Source of the DNA: Clostridia bacterium
Lineage (GTDB): Bacteria > Bacillota > Clostridia > Oscillospirales > CAG-272
Length of the DNA: 64,000 nt
Assembly: GCA_017556745.1 (NCBI GenBank)
Contig: JAFYMF010000044.1
Span: 3,784-67,783, forward strand
Direction: 5' to 3'
Of the stretch, positions 40,603 to 51,341 are shown piece after piece. The position numbers and the translations under genes are program-made. Position 1 is the stretch's first letter; the number at the start of each line of letters is the position of its first letter. The notes under the pieces are model-generated. The model was given only the letters and a program-made list of their open reading frames with translations. It made no database searches and had not been told where the DNA came from.

Positions 40603-40782
40603 ATCAAATCCTCAGTTTTTATAGAATAAAACGCCACAGTTAAGTACGTTTATATTTATTTTTATTATACATATTTTGGCTTTAAATTACAATATACCGT
40701 CACTGTTTTATTTTTACCTTTTTAACCTTCAAACCAAAAATGCTTTACCCTGTTTTTCAGGGTAAAGCATTTTTGTGTTTTT

Positions 40783-41388
40783 TTATTCAGCAAGACATTT
40801 TCTTATATTTTCGGCAACAGCCTGTGCAGCAAGCTCCGTGCCCTTATCTGACAGATGAATACCATCATCGCAAATGTTATCAAGATCTGCTCCGATAACT
40901 GCGTTAAGATCAGTTATCCACACTCCCTTTGAGGTGAGATAACCTGCAAGAATATTATTATAGAGAGCGATCTCCTTATTCCATTCATCTCTCGAAAGAT
41001 AGCAAAGACTGTTTGGCTTATTTGGGTTATATCCAAGACCTGCAGGAGTGGTGGTAGCCCAGATAAGTTTATCGGTATAGGTTGTCATATGATCATGTAA
41101 ACGTCTGTTAAGATACAGGTACTGTTCGGGAGTAGAAAGAGGAGCCGCATCAGCAAGAGTACGATGATGGTCCCATATACCGTTATTATAATGTATAAGG
41201 TCAACCTTCTCAAATCCCGTCTCATTTACCCAGTTACGAACATTCCATACTGTTTTTAATGTATAAGCGCAGTTGTCCTCAGGAAATCTCACATCACAAA
41301 TATCCTTAAGTAATTCTTTTACACGTTCACAGTACTGCTGTCTTATAGAATCGCCGAGGAGAATAACATTTTTCATTTTTCTCTCCAT
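40783..41388 (-). CDS. SGNH/GDSL hydrolase
   Basis: LLGDSI, NNGIWD, DGIH. Confidence 0.88.
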   Translation of the reverse strand: MERKMKNVILLGDSIRQQYCERVKELLKDICDVRFPEDNCAYTLKTVWNVRNWVNETGFEKVDLIHYNNGIWDHHRTLADAAPLSTPEQYLYLNRRLHDHMTTYTDKLIWATTTPAGLGYNPNKPNSLCYLSRDEWNKEIALYNNILAGYLTSKGVWITDLNAVIGADLDNICDDGIHLSDKGTELAAQAVAENIRKCLAE

Positions 41389-41400
41389 TTCAGTAAGATA

Positions 41401-43362
41401 TTACAAATTTATAATTTTAAATTCATTCTCGCCAAGGGTGTAACTCTCACCACATACGGTAACAGTCTCGGTAGTCTTCTCAGGGTTCCAGATGACTACA
41501 AGCTGTTTTCCGTCGGGACTTTCAAAAACATTGGCTATAACTGTATCAGCCTTCTGTGCTTCGTCATAGGTACCTGCGTATTTACCGTCGTAGAAGAACT
41601 CTCTGTACTCTTCCTTTATGTCAAGCAAGTATTTTAGATGCTTACCGTATTCCGGTTGACCTGAAATATCGATGAGTCGGCCGCGATATATGGAAACGTC
41701 GTATCTGAGGCCGTATACGAAAGCCATATTCAGCTGAACCTTAAAATCATCTCTCTCATCGTGACAGAAGCGGTTTGAAATCACAGTTTCCGGGAATGTG
41801 TATCTGTAAAGAGCAGTGAAATTACCGGTATCCCAGTCGGCATTAAGCAGACCGTGAATAAAATCAAAATGCTGTGAATAGCAGTCTGTCGCATTTTCGG
41901 TACCCATACCCTTTCCCTCAGGAAGGATGTCTCTGATAGCCTTGACGTTTCTCAGTTTGAAATAAGCATCCAGGTCAGCTCTGGGACCGTGGTGATGACT
42001 CTTATCAAAGCACAGATGAGGATCGTGTCCTCCGATCTGATCGTAGAAAATTGCATCAGGATCAAAGGAAAGCTTGACCTTTGCATTCTCTATGAGCTTG
42101 TTTTTCCAGCTGTCAGTTGCGTGACATGCCGCAGTAAAGGACTTGTGACCGTGAGTTCTGAGCATGGAACCGTGGTCACCGAACATATAGTACTCACGGT
42201 ATTCGACACCCTCAATATTCTTCTTTGATACCTTATGACCTTCGGTCTTATAATAATCGCCGGTAACGTCAATAAGAACACCATTGTTGTAAAGGATAAC
42301 ATGACCACCCATTTCGCGGATAGTCTGAATAGCCTTCTTTAATTCTTCTGCTCCGCCAAGATCATCGTCAGGCTCGTACACGGGATAACCGTTGTCAAAG
42401 CATCCCTTCCACCATCCGAACACAAGCAGGGTATCAAGGCCTACCTTTCTGCCGTTTTCATATATCTTCACAAGATCGGTGTACTTAAAGTATATACGGC
42501 CAAACTGATGCTTAAGTATTATTCTCTGCCAGCCGGGAGAGTCCTTGATCCATTCTATCGGCTTTACCGGTCTGTACCAGCTGTCTGCCCAAGCTCTGTA
42601 TATATCCGCACCTTTCTTCCAGTTACCCTCAATGAGAGAGATAACACCCTTACCGCAGGTTATCTTCTCGCCCTTCTCTGCTACCGGGAACTGGGCAATA
42701 TTGAACACGAGCTCATCCTTCTGCTTTCTTGGTGCACCTCCGAGAGAAAGGTTGACGGTTCTGAAATCCTCATCATGACGACCCACGTACAAGAAATGGC
42801 CGTTACTCTCAACACCGTACCATGCCATACTCATAGGAAAAGGATAAGCAAGGTGAGTCCACACGTGATCATAATCCGCAGTTACGTACTCTGTGTGACC
42901 GCCTTTTACAAAGCTCATAGGATCTTTATATTTAAGACCGAGGCCAAACGGAAGATACAAAATATCTTCTTTAAAATTATCGTTTGCAATAGCCTCAAGA
43001 TCAACAAATGGGCAGGACACCTCATTCACGCGGACATCGGAATTATTTTCCACTTCCGCGTAATATTCCATTGTTTCTCCTACGGTCTTCATATAGATAT
43101 TAAGCTTGATATCATACTGACGACCGAATTCATCCGTCAGTGAATCATATGTAATAACGATGTCATCATCCTTACCGATAACTCTTCCCTTTTGCTGACT
43201 TGAAAATACCGCTATCTCACGTTCCATTCCATTGTCAAGAAAAAGTCTAAAGAAATCGTGTTTTTTCGGGGATGCTGTTGGAAGTCCGTCTGCAAACCAT
43301 CTAACGCTTTCAGCTGTATCACTAGTCTCAAAAACCAATTTTCCGCCATGTACGTAAAACAT
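41401..43362 (-). CDS. DUF6259-like putative glycoside hydrolase
   Basis: FGWW..FDNGYP.Y, GG.EELK, ILY.NG, IFYDQIG, GTE. Confidence 0.6.
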   Translation of the reverse strand: MFYVHGGKLVFETSDTAESVRWFADGLPTASPKKHDFFRLFLDNGMEREIAVFSSQQKGRVIGKDDDIVITYDSLTDEFGRQYDIKLNIYMKTVGETMEYYAEVENNSDVRVNEVSCPFVDLEAIANDNFKEDILYLPFGLGLKYKDPMSFVKGGHTEYVTADYDHVWTHLAYPFPMSMAWYGVESNGHFLYVGRHDEDFRTVNLSLGGAPRKQKDELVFNIAQFPVAEKGEKITCGKGVISLIEGNWKKGADIYRAWADSWYRPVKPIEWIKDSPGWQRIILKHQFGRIYFKYTDLVKIYENGRKVGLDTLLVFGWWKGCFDNGYPVYEPDDDLGGAEELKKAIQTIREMGGHVILYNNGVLIDVTGDYYKTEGHKVSKKNIEGVEYREYYMFGDHGSMLRTHGHKSFTAACHATDSWKNKLIENAKVKLSFDPDAIFYDQIGGHDPHLCFDKSHHHGPRADLDAYFKLRNVKAIRDILPEGKGMGTENATDCYSQHFDFIHGLLNADWDTGNFTALYRYTFPETVISNRFCHDERDDFKVQLNMAFVYGLRYDVSIYRGRLIDISGQPEYGKHLKYLLDIKEEYREFFYDGKYAGTYDEAQKADTVIANVFESPDGKQLVVIWNPEKTTETVTVCGESYTLGENEFKIINL

Positions 43363-43435
43363 ATTACCTCCTACGCAGAAATACCTGCTTAAAAAATAAA
43401 ATTCAAAAATTTAATTATATAAACGTCTGTATATA

Positions 43436-43915
43436 TCAAAGAATTTTCTCACAGACGTAATAATCATGTCCGTATCTGTAGGTTTCGCCGATAAATTCAA
43501 ATCCCAGTGATCTGTAGGTATTCACTGCAGGGGGATTCGATTTCGCCGCCAGCAAATGAACCGAAGAAACACCCTGAGACGATAGTTTATCTATAAGTAT
43601 TGATACCATTTTCGAGGCATACCCCTTTCCCTGATGGGAGGGAGATATTGCTATCCTGGATATTTCCCTGTGGGTACCGTCATTTATTTGCCAAAAAGGC
43701 AGATCATCATCCTCGGCTACCGGTTCAACCGAAGCACAGCCAATTATCTCTTCGTTATCCTTCAGTACGTAGAGGCACCCGGCGGCCTCGTCATTTTCTG
43801 CATCACTACGGGTAGGATATAACTCGTTCCAAACGCAGTATTCACCCTTTTTTACCTCATCATATATCTCTGTGACGCGAGATATATGATCGGAAGTTGC
43901 CAGTATAAGCTCCAT
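43436..43915 (-). CDS. GNAT acetyltransferase
   Basis: WNELYP, RIAISPSHQGKG, NPPA..YRSLGF. Confidence 0.85.
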   Translation of the reverse strand: MELILATSDHISRVTEIYDEVKKGEYCVWNELYPTRSDAENDEAAGCLYVLKDNEEIIGCASVEPVAEDDDLPFWQINDGTHREISRIAISPSHQGKGYASKMVSILIDKLSSQGVSSVHLLAAKSNPPAVNTYRSLGFEFIGETYRYGHDYYVCEKIL

Positions 43916-43924
43916 AGAACTCCT

Positions 43925-44854
43925 TTATTTCTTGTTTTTCTCTTTTGAACGTTTATCGTTTATTATAGTCATGTGTTCCTTGGTTATGAGTTCGACGTTA
44001 TTTTCCCTTGCCCAGTCAACACATCCGCGGAGAACGAGAGGAAGAAAAACCCTGGGTACCGCAAGCACGGTTTCAAGTGCCTCATCGGTGAATTTTATTT
44101 TATCATCAACTCTGTCTGCCGCATATCTTACAGAATGGATAGAAGCCTTTCTCATTTGAAGCAGCTCCGCACGCATTCTTCTCTTTCTGTGAAACCAGAA
44201 ATTCTTTGAGTCTCTGTAGCCGTAATCTACGGGGAGAGGAGGAAAATCCCCTGCCTTTACTCCGTTTATAATTGCATCACGGTACTTTTTCTTCATTAGG
44301 ATCTTGTCTACCCGCAAAATAAAATGAGCACCAAACTTACTTGTTATCCCGTTAAAATCGTGATACGGTCCTTCGTAACCGTTAATCTCACCCGGAAGAT
44401 CCCTGTCTGCTCCGTCAAGTTCACGCATCCAGGTACACTCTATTACCTCAATGGCATCTGTCATTACCATAGGACGGATATCCTCAGGAGATTCCTCTTC
44501 TATCAGGCTTTTTTCCAGATTAAACTTGCATTTCGGCATTTTTTCCGACGGTTTATCCCCGGGCCAAGACAGCTTGACCGACTCCTTAAAGGTTTTTGGG
44601 GAATCGTCTATAAAATTCAGAGCACATTTGCCGTTTCTCAGAATATTCTGAGCGGTGTTCGATGAATTACGGCAGCAAAGGAGCATTGCATAGTAATCCT
44701 TCCCTGCAACGTAATATGGCTGTACCAAGGAGTAGGGGCCGAGATTTGTACTTCCGTCCTCACAAAGAGTACTTATAAGCACGGTCGGCATAGGAAAGAA
44801 AAGTGATGTCTGATAAAAATTATCTACTATTCTGAGATTTTCAAAACTGCTCAT
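43925..44854 (-). CDS. Flavin-reductase-like protein with C-terminal PCP_red-like helical domain
   Basis: PMPTVLIST..DGSTNLGPYS, NTAQNI..ALNF, IEC; tail FTDEA..VP.VF..ITKEHM. Confidence 0.6.
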   Translation of the reverse strand: MSSFENLRIVDNFYQTSLFFPMPTVLISTLCEDGSTNLGPYSLVQPYYVAGKDYYAMLLCCRNSSNTAQNILRNGKCALNFIDDSPKTFKESVKLSWPGDKPSEKMPKCKFNLEKSLIEEESPEDIRPMVMTDAIEVIECTWMRELDGADRDLPGEINGYEGPYHDFNGITSKFGAHFILRVDKILMKKKYRDAIINGVKAGDFPPLPVDYGYRDSKNFWFHRKRRMRAELLQMRKASIHSVRYAADRVDDKIKFTDEALETVLAVPRVFLPLVLRGCVDWARENNVELITKEHMTIINDKRSKEKNKK

Positions 44855-44872
44855 ATTGTTCGTCTATACCTT

Positions 44873-45673
44873 TTATTTAAGTATTTGTTTTATTATAAAG
44901 AATTGCAGTCGCTTTGGCAAAGCTGAAAGGATCAACAAAAGCGGGTTACGGTTTATGGAATATGCAAAGGCAGGTTTTCTTTTGTCGAAAATTTTCCTGA
45001 CCTTTTCGGCTATTTTTCTCGGTGAGATACGTCGAGCTTCCACGCCGTCAACTATCTTTTTGAATCTTGCGGCATTGCAGGAATAAAGTCCGGTATTTTT
45101 ACAGAACTCATCAAGAGCATCGGTAGACACGCCGATCATCCCGGTATCAACCGCCCCCGCCCGAAGAACGGATACGGATATTCCCAGAAGCTGAAGCTCC
45201 ATTCTCAGTGAATACGCGTATTTATCAAGTGCCGCCTTAGATACCGCATATACCCCTGTAAAAGGGAGAGGATCAAGCGGAGCAAGCTCACTTGTAGTTA
45301 TCAGTATTTTGCTTCCTTTGCTAAGAAGAGAGATAAAAGTGCGGTTTACAAGGTAAACTCCGAAAAGATTCACCTTGAATATTTTCTCGAACTCTCCCCT
45401 CTCCATCTCCACAAGAGAATCAAGCATATATATGCCTGCAAAATGAAGGATCGCATACAGATTGTCGGTGATCCCTCTTACCTCAGAAAAAGCTCGCAAT
45501 ACACTTTCTTCATCGGTAACATCACAGCGAATATACCTGATTCCGTCTTCATATCCTTCATTCCTATCAAGAACGATAACGTTATAACCGTCATCTCTGA
45601 AACGCAAAGCAACGGCAGCACCCATTCCTCCGGTACCACCGGTTATAAGAATGTATTTCATCTCGTCACTCAT
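44873..45673 (-). CDS. Short-chain dehydrogenase/reductase
   Basis: ITGGTGGMG, CDVTD, VNLFG, YAVSK. Confidence 0.9.
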   Translation of the reverse strand: MSDEMKYILITGGTGGMGAAVALRFRDDGYNVIVLDRNEGYEDGIRYIRCDVTDEESVLRAFSEVRGITDNLYAILHFAGIYMLDSLVEMERGEFEKIFKVNLFGVYLVNRTFISLLSKGSKILITTSELAPLDPLPFTGVYAVSKAALDKYAYSLRMELQLLGISVSVLRAGAVDTGMIGVSTDALDEFCKNTGLYSCNAARFKKIVDGVEARRISPRKIAEKVRKIFDKRKPAFAYSINRNPLLLILSALPKRLQFFIIKQILK

Positions 45674-46872
45674 ATAAAAACATATTTTGTCATTCTGTAA
45701 AATGCCTCTCTGAGTCTTGACATGGGGAGTGCTAAATTAAGTCTGATATGCATATCTCCACCGTGCTGACGTCCGTCCTGCCAGGCGACACCTACATCCC
45801 ATCCACGTTTCAGCAGCCCATCAATGGTCATTCCCTTCCACTCAAGCCATTCTCTGCAGTCGAGGAATAACATATATGTACCCTCAGGCTTTGACACATT
45901 TATTTTACTGAAATTATCCTTAATATATTTATAAGCAAATTCTATATTTTCTGTAATAGTCTCGCAAAGCTCGTCAACCCACTCTTGTCCCTCCTTGCTG
46001 TAAGCTCCTATCAGAGCGTGCATTGAAAGCACGTTCATGGAATTATAGTGGGAAAGTGAGGCTTCCTTATCCACTCTGGATTTAATACGCTTGTTGTAAA
46101 TTATATGATACGCACCTATAAGTCCCGCGAGATTAAAGGTTTTCGAGGGAGCATAAAGTGCAACTGTTCTGTTTCTTGCATCATCCGAAACCGATTGTGT
46201 AGGAATATGCTTGTTACCTCGGAGGATAATATCTGACCATATCTCATCAGATACAACGAAGACGTCATGACGGCGATAAATATCCATCACCCGTTCTATT
46301 TCCCATCTTTCCCACACACGTCCGGTGGGGTTGTGAGGCGAACAGAATACTGCCGCATGAATACCGTTATCTACTATCTTCTTCTCCATGTCGTCAAAGT
46401 CAATTCGCCACACTCCGTCACTGTCGATATACAGAGGACTTGTAATTATTTTATATCCTGCGTTATCAAGAGAATAAGTAAATCCAAGATAGGTGGGACC
46501 GTGAAGCAAAATTTTATCACCACGTGAACAAAATGTTGCTATGGCAGAAAGGAGACCGCCGAGAACACCGTTCTCGTATCCTATATGTTCCGGAAGAAGA
46601 TCTTTTGTACCGTTTCTTTCCTCTTGCCAACGGATAATACTGTCAAAATAATCCGGTGACGGGTCATAATAACCAAATGCAGGGTGAGACGCTCTTTTGA
46701 TTATCGCTTCGGTAACTGTAGAAACAGTAGGAAAATTCATATCAGCTACCCACATCGGTATAACGTCAAAGTCCTCCCTGGGCATATCAGGTGCCCAACC
46801 TGAGCCAAGACCGTCTATTGCCAGGGCATCCTTTCCTGACCTATCCATAACGGTAGTAAAATCATACTTCAA
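45670..46872 (-). CDS. PatB/MalY PLP-dependent C-S lyase/aminotransferase
   Basis: TTG start after GGAGG; PMWVADM, CSPHNPTGRVW, SDEIW, APSKTFNLAG. Confidence 0.9.
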   Translation of the reverse strand: MKYDFTTVMDRSGKDALAIDGLGSGWAPDMPREDFDVIPMWVADMNFPTVSTVTEAIIKRASHPAFGYYDPSPDYFDSIIRWQEERNGTKDLLPEHIGYENGVLGGLLSAIATFCSRGDKILLHGPTYLGFTYSLDNAGYKIITSPLYIDSDGVWRIDFDDMEKKIVDNGIHAAVFCSPHNPTGRVWERWEIERVMDIYRRHDVFVVSDEIWSDIILRGNKHIPTQSVSDDARNRTVALYAPSKTFNLAGLIGAYHIIYNKRIKSRVDKEASLSHYNSMNVLSMHALIGAYSKEGQEWVDELCETITENIEFAYKYIKDNFSKINVSKPEGTYMLFLDCREWLEWKGMTIDGLLKRGWDVGVAWQDGRQHGGDMHIRLNLALPMSRLREAFYRMTKYVFI

Positions 46873-47036
46873 AGAAAAATTCCTCCGATGATAGAAATCT
46901 TTTGTTATATATTCATTATAATATTCACACAAGCAAAAAGCAAGTATAATTATTGTCCCACTCTTCTTTGACAAAATGTTTCCTTCGTGATATACTTATA
47001 TCATTGTAATCATGTATCGAAAGAAGGTTAAACAAT

Positions 47037-48407
47037 TTGGCAAACAAAAGTCTATCTAAAGATTTTACACAAGGTAATATAATACGTCAGCTTTTTTTCT
47101 TTGCTCTTCCGTTCATGGCATCAAACGCACTGCAGGTACTGTACAGTACTATAGATATGGTTATAGTTGGAAAGTTTGTAGGAACGGCAGGTCTGTCCGC
47201 AGTTTCCCAAAGTAGCCAGATAGTAAACTTTGCTACTATGGTTTGTCTCGGTTTTTCAAACGCGGGACAAGTACTTCTGTCTCAGGCACTGGGAGCAAAA
47301 AAGAAAAAAGAAATGAACGATATAATCGGTACTCTTTTTATTTCGGTAGTAATTCTTGCCGTCATCCTCTCATCTGCCTTTCTTATCTGTCGAACATTAA
47401 TTCTCGACGTTATGAAAATACCCACTGAGTCTTACTCAATGTCAATGGACTATCTGATAATTTGCAGCGGCGGTCTGATCTTTACCGCAGGTTATAATCT
47501 GGTATCCGCAGTTCTCAGAGGCATGGGAGATGCTAAACGTCCTCTTCTCTTTATCGGTATCGCTTCGATTACAAATCTCATTCTTGACTTGCTTTTTACC
47601 GGTCTTTTCGGCTGGGGTGTCGCAGGTGCCGCTTGGGCTACCATTATAGGGCAGGCGGTGTCATTTGCTTTCTCTATTTGGTATCTTTATAAAAAGAAAG
47701 AATCCTTCGGCTTCGACTTTAAAAAGGAAAGCTTCAGGATCAACGGCAAATATCTCGGCATGATCGCTTCTCTCGGTACACCTATGGCTATCCAGTCCGG
47801 ATTCATCAATCTTTCCATGCTATATGTTAACTCACTCATAAATGACGTAGGAGTTGTAGCATCCGCTACCTTTGGTGTAGGAGTACGTATAGACGATATT
47901 ATCAACAAGATATCCCAAGGTATACAGTACGCAGCTATGCCTATGATAAGCCAAAATATAGGTGCCGGTAACAAAGAGAGAGCTAAACAGGTGGTCTACA
48001 AGGCTTGGATCTTTTCCTTCGTCTTTACAGTTTTCTTCTTAATTTTATATGTGCTTCTCGGCAAGCAGATGTTTATGCTATTCTCAGACGATACACTCGT
48101 ACACGATATGTCGAGTACATTTATAATGGCAATACTTTGGATGTTCCCCGCTTTTGCCGTAATGCGTGGAAGCGGTGCCTTTATTCAAGGCATCGGAAAT
48201 GCCCGTCTCGGTATGGTACTTGCAATACTTGACGGTGTTGTTCTGAGAATAGGCTTAAGCTGGCTTTTCGGTATTGCTCTCAATATGGGCTTTTACGGTT
48301 TTGTTCTCGGATACGGTCTTGCACCTTACGGATATGCAATACCGAGTCTGATATATTTTCTTCTCGGCAGATGGCAAAAGAAGAAGACGTTAGCAGAAAA
48401 AATGTAA
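47037..48407 (+). CDS. MATE efflux transporter
   Basis: DFTQGNI, LRGMGDAKRPL, NLILD, GVAGAAWAT, SQNIGAG. Confidence 0.92.
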   Translation: MANKSLSKDFTQGNIIRQLFFFALPFMASNALQVLYSTIDMVIVGKFVGTAGLSAVSQSSQIVNFATMVCLGFSNAGQVLLSQALGAKKKKEMNDIIGTLFISVVILAVILSSAFLICRTLILDVMKIPTESYSMSMDYLIICSGGLIFTAGYNLVSAVLRGMGDAKRPLLFIGIASITNLILDLLFTGLFGWGVAGAAWATIIGQAVSFAFSIWYLYKKKESFGFDFKKESFRINGKYLGMIASLGTPMAIQSGFINLSMLYVNSLINDVGVVASATFGVGVRIDDIINKISQGIQYAAMPMISQNIGAGNKERAKQVVYKAWIFSFVFTVFFLILYVLLGKQMFMLFSDDTLVHDMSSTFIMAILWMFPAFAVMRGSGAFIQGIGNARLGMVLAILDGVVLRIGLSWLFGIALNMGFYGFVLGYGLAPYGYAIPSLIYFLLGRWQKKKTLAEKM

Positions 48408-48612
48408 TTCCCGGAATAGTCTTATATTTTGTAAAAATATACTTGCATTATTATAAAATTAGATGTAAAATAACAGTAGTAATCTAAAAAGACAAGTATA
48501 TAACTTCGTAATGATTTATGTGAAAGTTTGCTTGTCTTGTTATAAAACATTAAACACACTTGAATTTAAGCAGGCTTTTATACCGCCGTATGGTGACAAA
48601 ACGGAGGTTAAT

Positions 48613-49527
48613 ATGAAAATACGTCAACAGGCCTTTGAACCAAACAAAAAGATGCTCAAAGGTGGACTTCATTGCCACACCACACGTTCTGACGGAAGTG
48701 GAGACCCTGATGCAGTTATCAGATATCACTATGATCACGGTTATGATTTTCTTTCAGTAACCGATCATAATATATATAATTACGAGAACTTTGCTCCTGA
48801 TGTTCCCATTACCATAGTTCCGGGATTTGAATTCGGTCTTGATAACGATGCCGGATGTGAGGATTACCATACCGTTTGTCTCGGTCAGGAAAAGAAAAAT
48901 GGAAATCCGTATGAGCAGGATGAAATAATCTGTCAGCAGACGAAAACGCCGGAAGAGCATCAGAAATTCCTTGATGAATTTCGTGCTAATAATCAGCTTA
49001 TTTTCTATTGTCATCCCGAGTGGAGCGGAACTCCTGCTCGTTCCTTTGAAAATTTCAGGGGATATTTTGCTTACGAGATATACAACAGCGGCTCACATTT
49101 TGACAACGATATGGATAAAGATGCAAGTTATTGGGACGAATTGTTAGGCCAAGGCAAAAGGATATTCGGCGTTGCCGTTGATGACGGTCATCCAATGTGG
49201 CATCACTGTAACGGTTGGGTAATGGTGAATGCAGAAAACAACGTAAAAGATATTTTGAACGCTCTTGAAAACGGTAAATTTTACTCATCCTGCGGTCCAG
49301 AGATATATGATTTTTACGTTGACGGCAACACTGTCGTAGTAGAGTGCTCGGATGTATCATTAATACGTCTCCACTGCGCAAAGCATCCCACAAGAGTTGT
49401 AAGATCTGACGATAAAGGAATAACTCACGCTGAATTCAAAATAAATGATAGTTATCCTTACATTCGCATTTCCATTGTCGACAAAGACGGTAAAAAAGCA
49501 TGGACCAATCCAATCTTTTTGGATTGA
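48613..49527 (+). CDS. PHP-domain metallohydrolase
   Basis: LHCHTT.SDG, VTDH, CHP.WS, EIYN, DDGH, AWTNP. Confidence 0.82.
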   Translation: MKIRQQAFEPNKKMLKGGLHCHTTRSDGSGDPDAVIRYHYDHGYDFLSVTDHNIYNYENFAPDVPITIVPGFEFGLDNDAGCEDYHTVCLGQEKKNGNPYEQDEIICQQTKTPEEHQKFLDEFRANNQLIFYCHPEWSGTPARSFENFRGYFAYEIYNSGSHFDNDMDKDASYWDELLGQGKRIFGVAVDDGHPMWHHCNGWVMVNAENNVKDILNALENGKFYSSCGPEIYDFYVDGNTVVVECSDVSLIRLHCAKHPTRVVRSDDKGITHAEFKINDSYPYIRISIVDKDGKKAWTNPIFLD

Positions 49528-49556
49528 CCTTCAAATAACAAAGAAAGGAAATCACC

Positions 49557-49793
49557 ATGGACATTCTCAAGAAACTATTTCCCCTTTCCTTTAAAGCAAA
49601 GGATGTCGCATCTCTCATAATCTACATCATTATTTACCTCGTTGTAGGTGCAATCGGCGGAGTACTTATCGGTGTTCTCGCAGGCCTTCCCATCATCGGA
49701 ATCATTTTCATACTGATCGGTTCACTTATTGACATTTATGTTCTTGCCGGTATAGTAATCGCTATTCTTGACTACCTTAAAGTACTTAAATAA
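49557..49793 (+). CDS. Small membrane protein
   Basis: AAGGA RBS; 78 aa with two hydrophobic segments. Confidence 0.7.
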   Translation: MDILKKLFPLSFKAKDVASLIIYIIIYLVVGAIGGVLIGVLAGLPIIGIIFILIGSLIDIYVLAGIVIAILDYLKVLK

Positions 49794-49842
49794 TTAAAAC
49801 AAAAAAATATCGGATATCCGGCAGGATATCCGATATTTTTAT

Positions 49843-51246
49843 TTATTCTTTTCCGTTCCAACAATAGGTGCACAGACACTCTTTGTCTATTCCAACAGAA
49901 TCAAGCATATCGTCAAGTCTGTTATATACAAGAGAGGTAAAGTGAAGGTGTCTGCCAATCTCCTCTACCATTTCCTTGTAGCGAGATGAATCGGGATCAG
50001 AGTACTCAGCAAGTATCTCATCAGTGATTTCACCCTCACGCTCCGCAATAACTCTGCGCGCAATAAGATCGAGGTCGGATGTTGAACGTGAGAAATTAAG
50101 ATATTTGCATCCGAAAAGAAGAGGCGGACAAGCGGGACGTACATGTACCTCTTTTGCACCCTCTGCATAGAGTATCTCTGCAGTTTCCTTCATCTGAGTA
50201 CCTCTTACAATAGAGTCATCGATAAGCATAAGACGTTTATCCTTGATAAGATCAACTATAGGAATTATCTTCATCTTTGCGATAAGCTCGCGGCTACTCT
50301 GCTTAGGAGGCATGAACGATCTTGGCCATGTGGGAGTATACTTAACAAGAGGCCGTGAATATGGGACACCGCTCTCTGCCGCATAACCGATGGCATGAGC
50401 TATACCCGAGTCGGGAACACCTGATATACTATCAGATCTCTCCTTGTCTGCTCTTGCCATTGCCGCTCCGCATCTGTATCTCATATCCTCAACGTTTACC
50501 CCCTCATAACAGGACGCGGGATAACCGAAATACACCCAAAGAAATGTACAGACCTTCTTCTTCTTTTCCGGAGGAAGGATATCCGTACAGCTGTCAGGGG
50601 TAATATATACTACCTCGCCGGGACCAAGCTCCTTGTAATCAATATACCCCAGATTAATATAAGCAAATGACTCAAAGGATGCACAGAATGCACCGTCCTT
50701 CTTACCGATCATAAGAGGAGTTCTGCCATGAAGATCTCTTGCTGCATAGATTCCTTCGGTAGTCATTACCAGCATAGACATCGAACCGTCGATCTTCTCC
50801 TGCGCAGCTCTGATCCCCGTGGGAATATCCTTTTCTCGGGTAATAAGAGTTGCCACAAGCTCTGTAGCATTTATCTCACCCTTGCTCATTTCAAGAAATG
50901 TAGCATTGCCTGTCTCAAACAGATCCTTTACCAATTCCTCGACATTATTGATTCTGCCAACGGTGGTTATTGCAAAATTACCGAAATGTGCACGAACCAT
51001 AAGAGGCTGGGGTTCTGTGTCGGAAATACAGCCTATACCTATAGTACCGCTCATTTCCTCAATATCTCTCTCAAATTTGGTTCTGAAGGGTGAATTTGAT
51101 ATATTATGAATTGCACGCTGAAATTTGCCCTCCTCGCAGAGTACCATTCCACCTCTCTTAGTACCAAGGTGAGAATGATAGTCTACTCCGAAAAACAGAT
51201 CAAGCGAACATTCTTCTCTCGATACAACGCCGAATATTCCGCCCAT
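49843..51246 (-). CDS. purF: Amidophosphoribosyltransferase, variant lacking catalytic Cys1
   Basis: GVPDSG, RSFMP, IDDSIVRGT PRPP loop, FeS-type Cys, CTYCWNG; begins MGGIFG. Confidence 0.9.
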   Translation of the reverse strand: MGGIFGVVSREECSLDLFFGVDYHSHLGTKRGGMVLCEEGKFQRAIHNISNSPFRTKFERDIEEMSGTIGIGCISDTEPQPLMVRAHFGNFAITTVGRINNVEELVKDLFETGNATFLEMSKGEINATELVATLITREKDIPTGIRAAQEKIDGSMSMLVMTTEGIYAARDLHGRTPLMIGKKDGAFCASFESFAYINLGYIDYKELGPGEVVYITPDSCTDILPPEKKKKVCTFLWVYFGYPASCYEGVNVEDMRYRCGAAMARADKERSDSISGVPDSGIAHAIGYAAESGVPYSRPLVKYTPTWPRSFMPPKQSSRELIAKMKIIPIVDLIKDKRLMLIDDSIVRGTQMKETAEILYAEGAKEVHVRPACPPLLFGCKYLNFSRSTSDLDLIARRVIAEREGEITDEILAEYSDPDSSRYKEMVEEIGRHLHFTSLVYNRLDDMLDSVGIDKECLCTYCWNGKE

Positions 51247-51341
51247 TTATATTGTTCCTTTCCGTAATGTATGGTAACTGTATATATTATAGTCTTCCCA
51301 GTCTTCACTGTCAAGCAAAAGGAAGCAGGAAACTATCGGAT

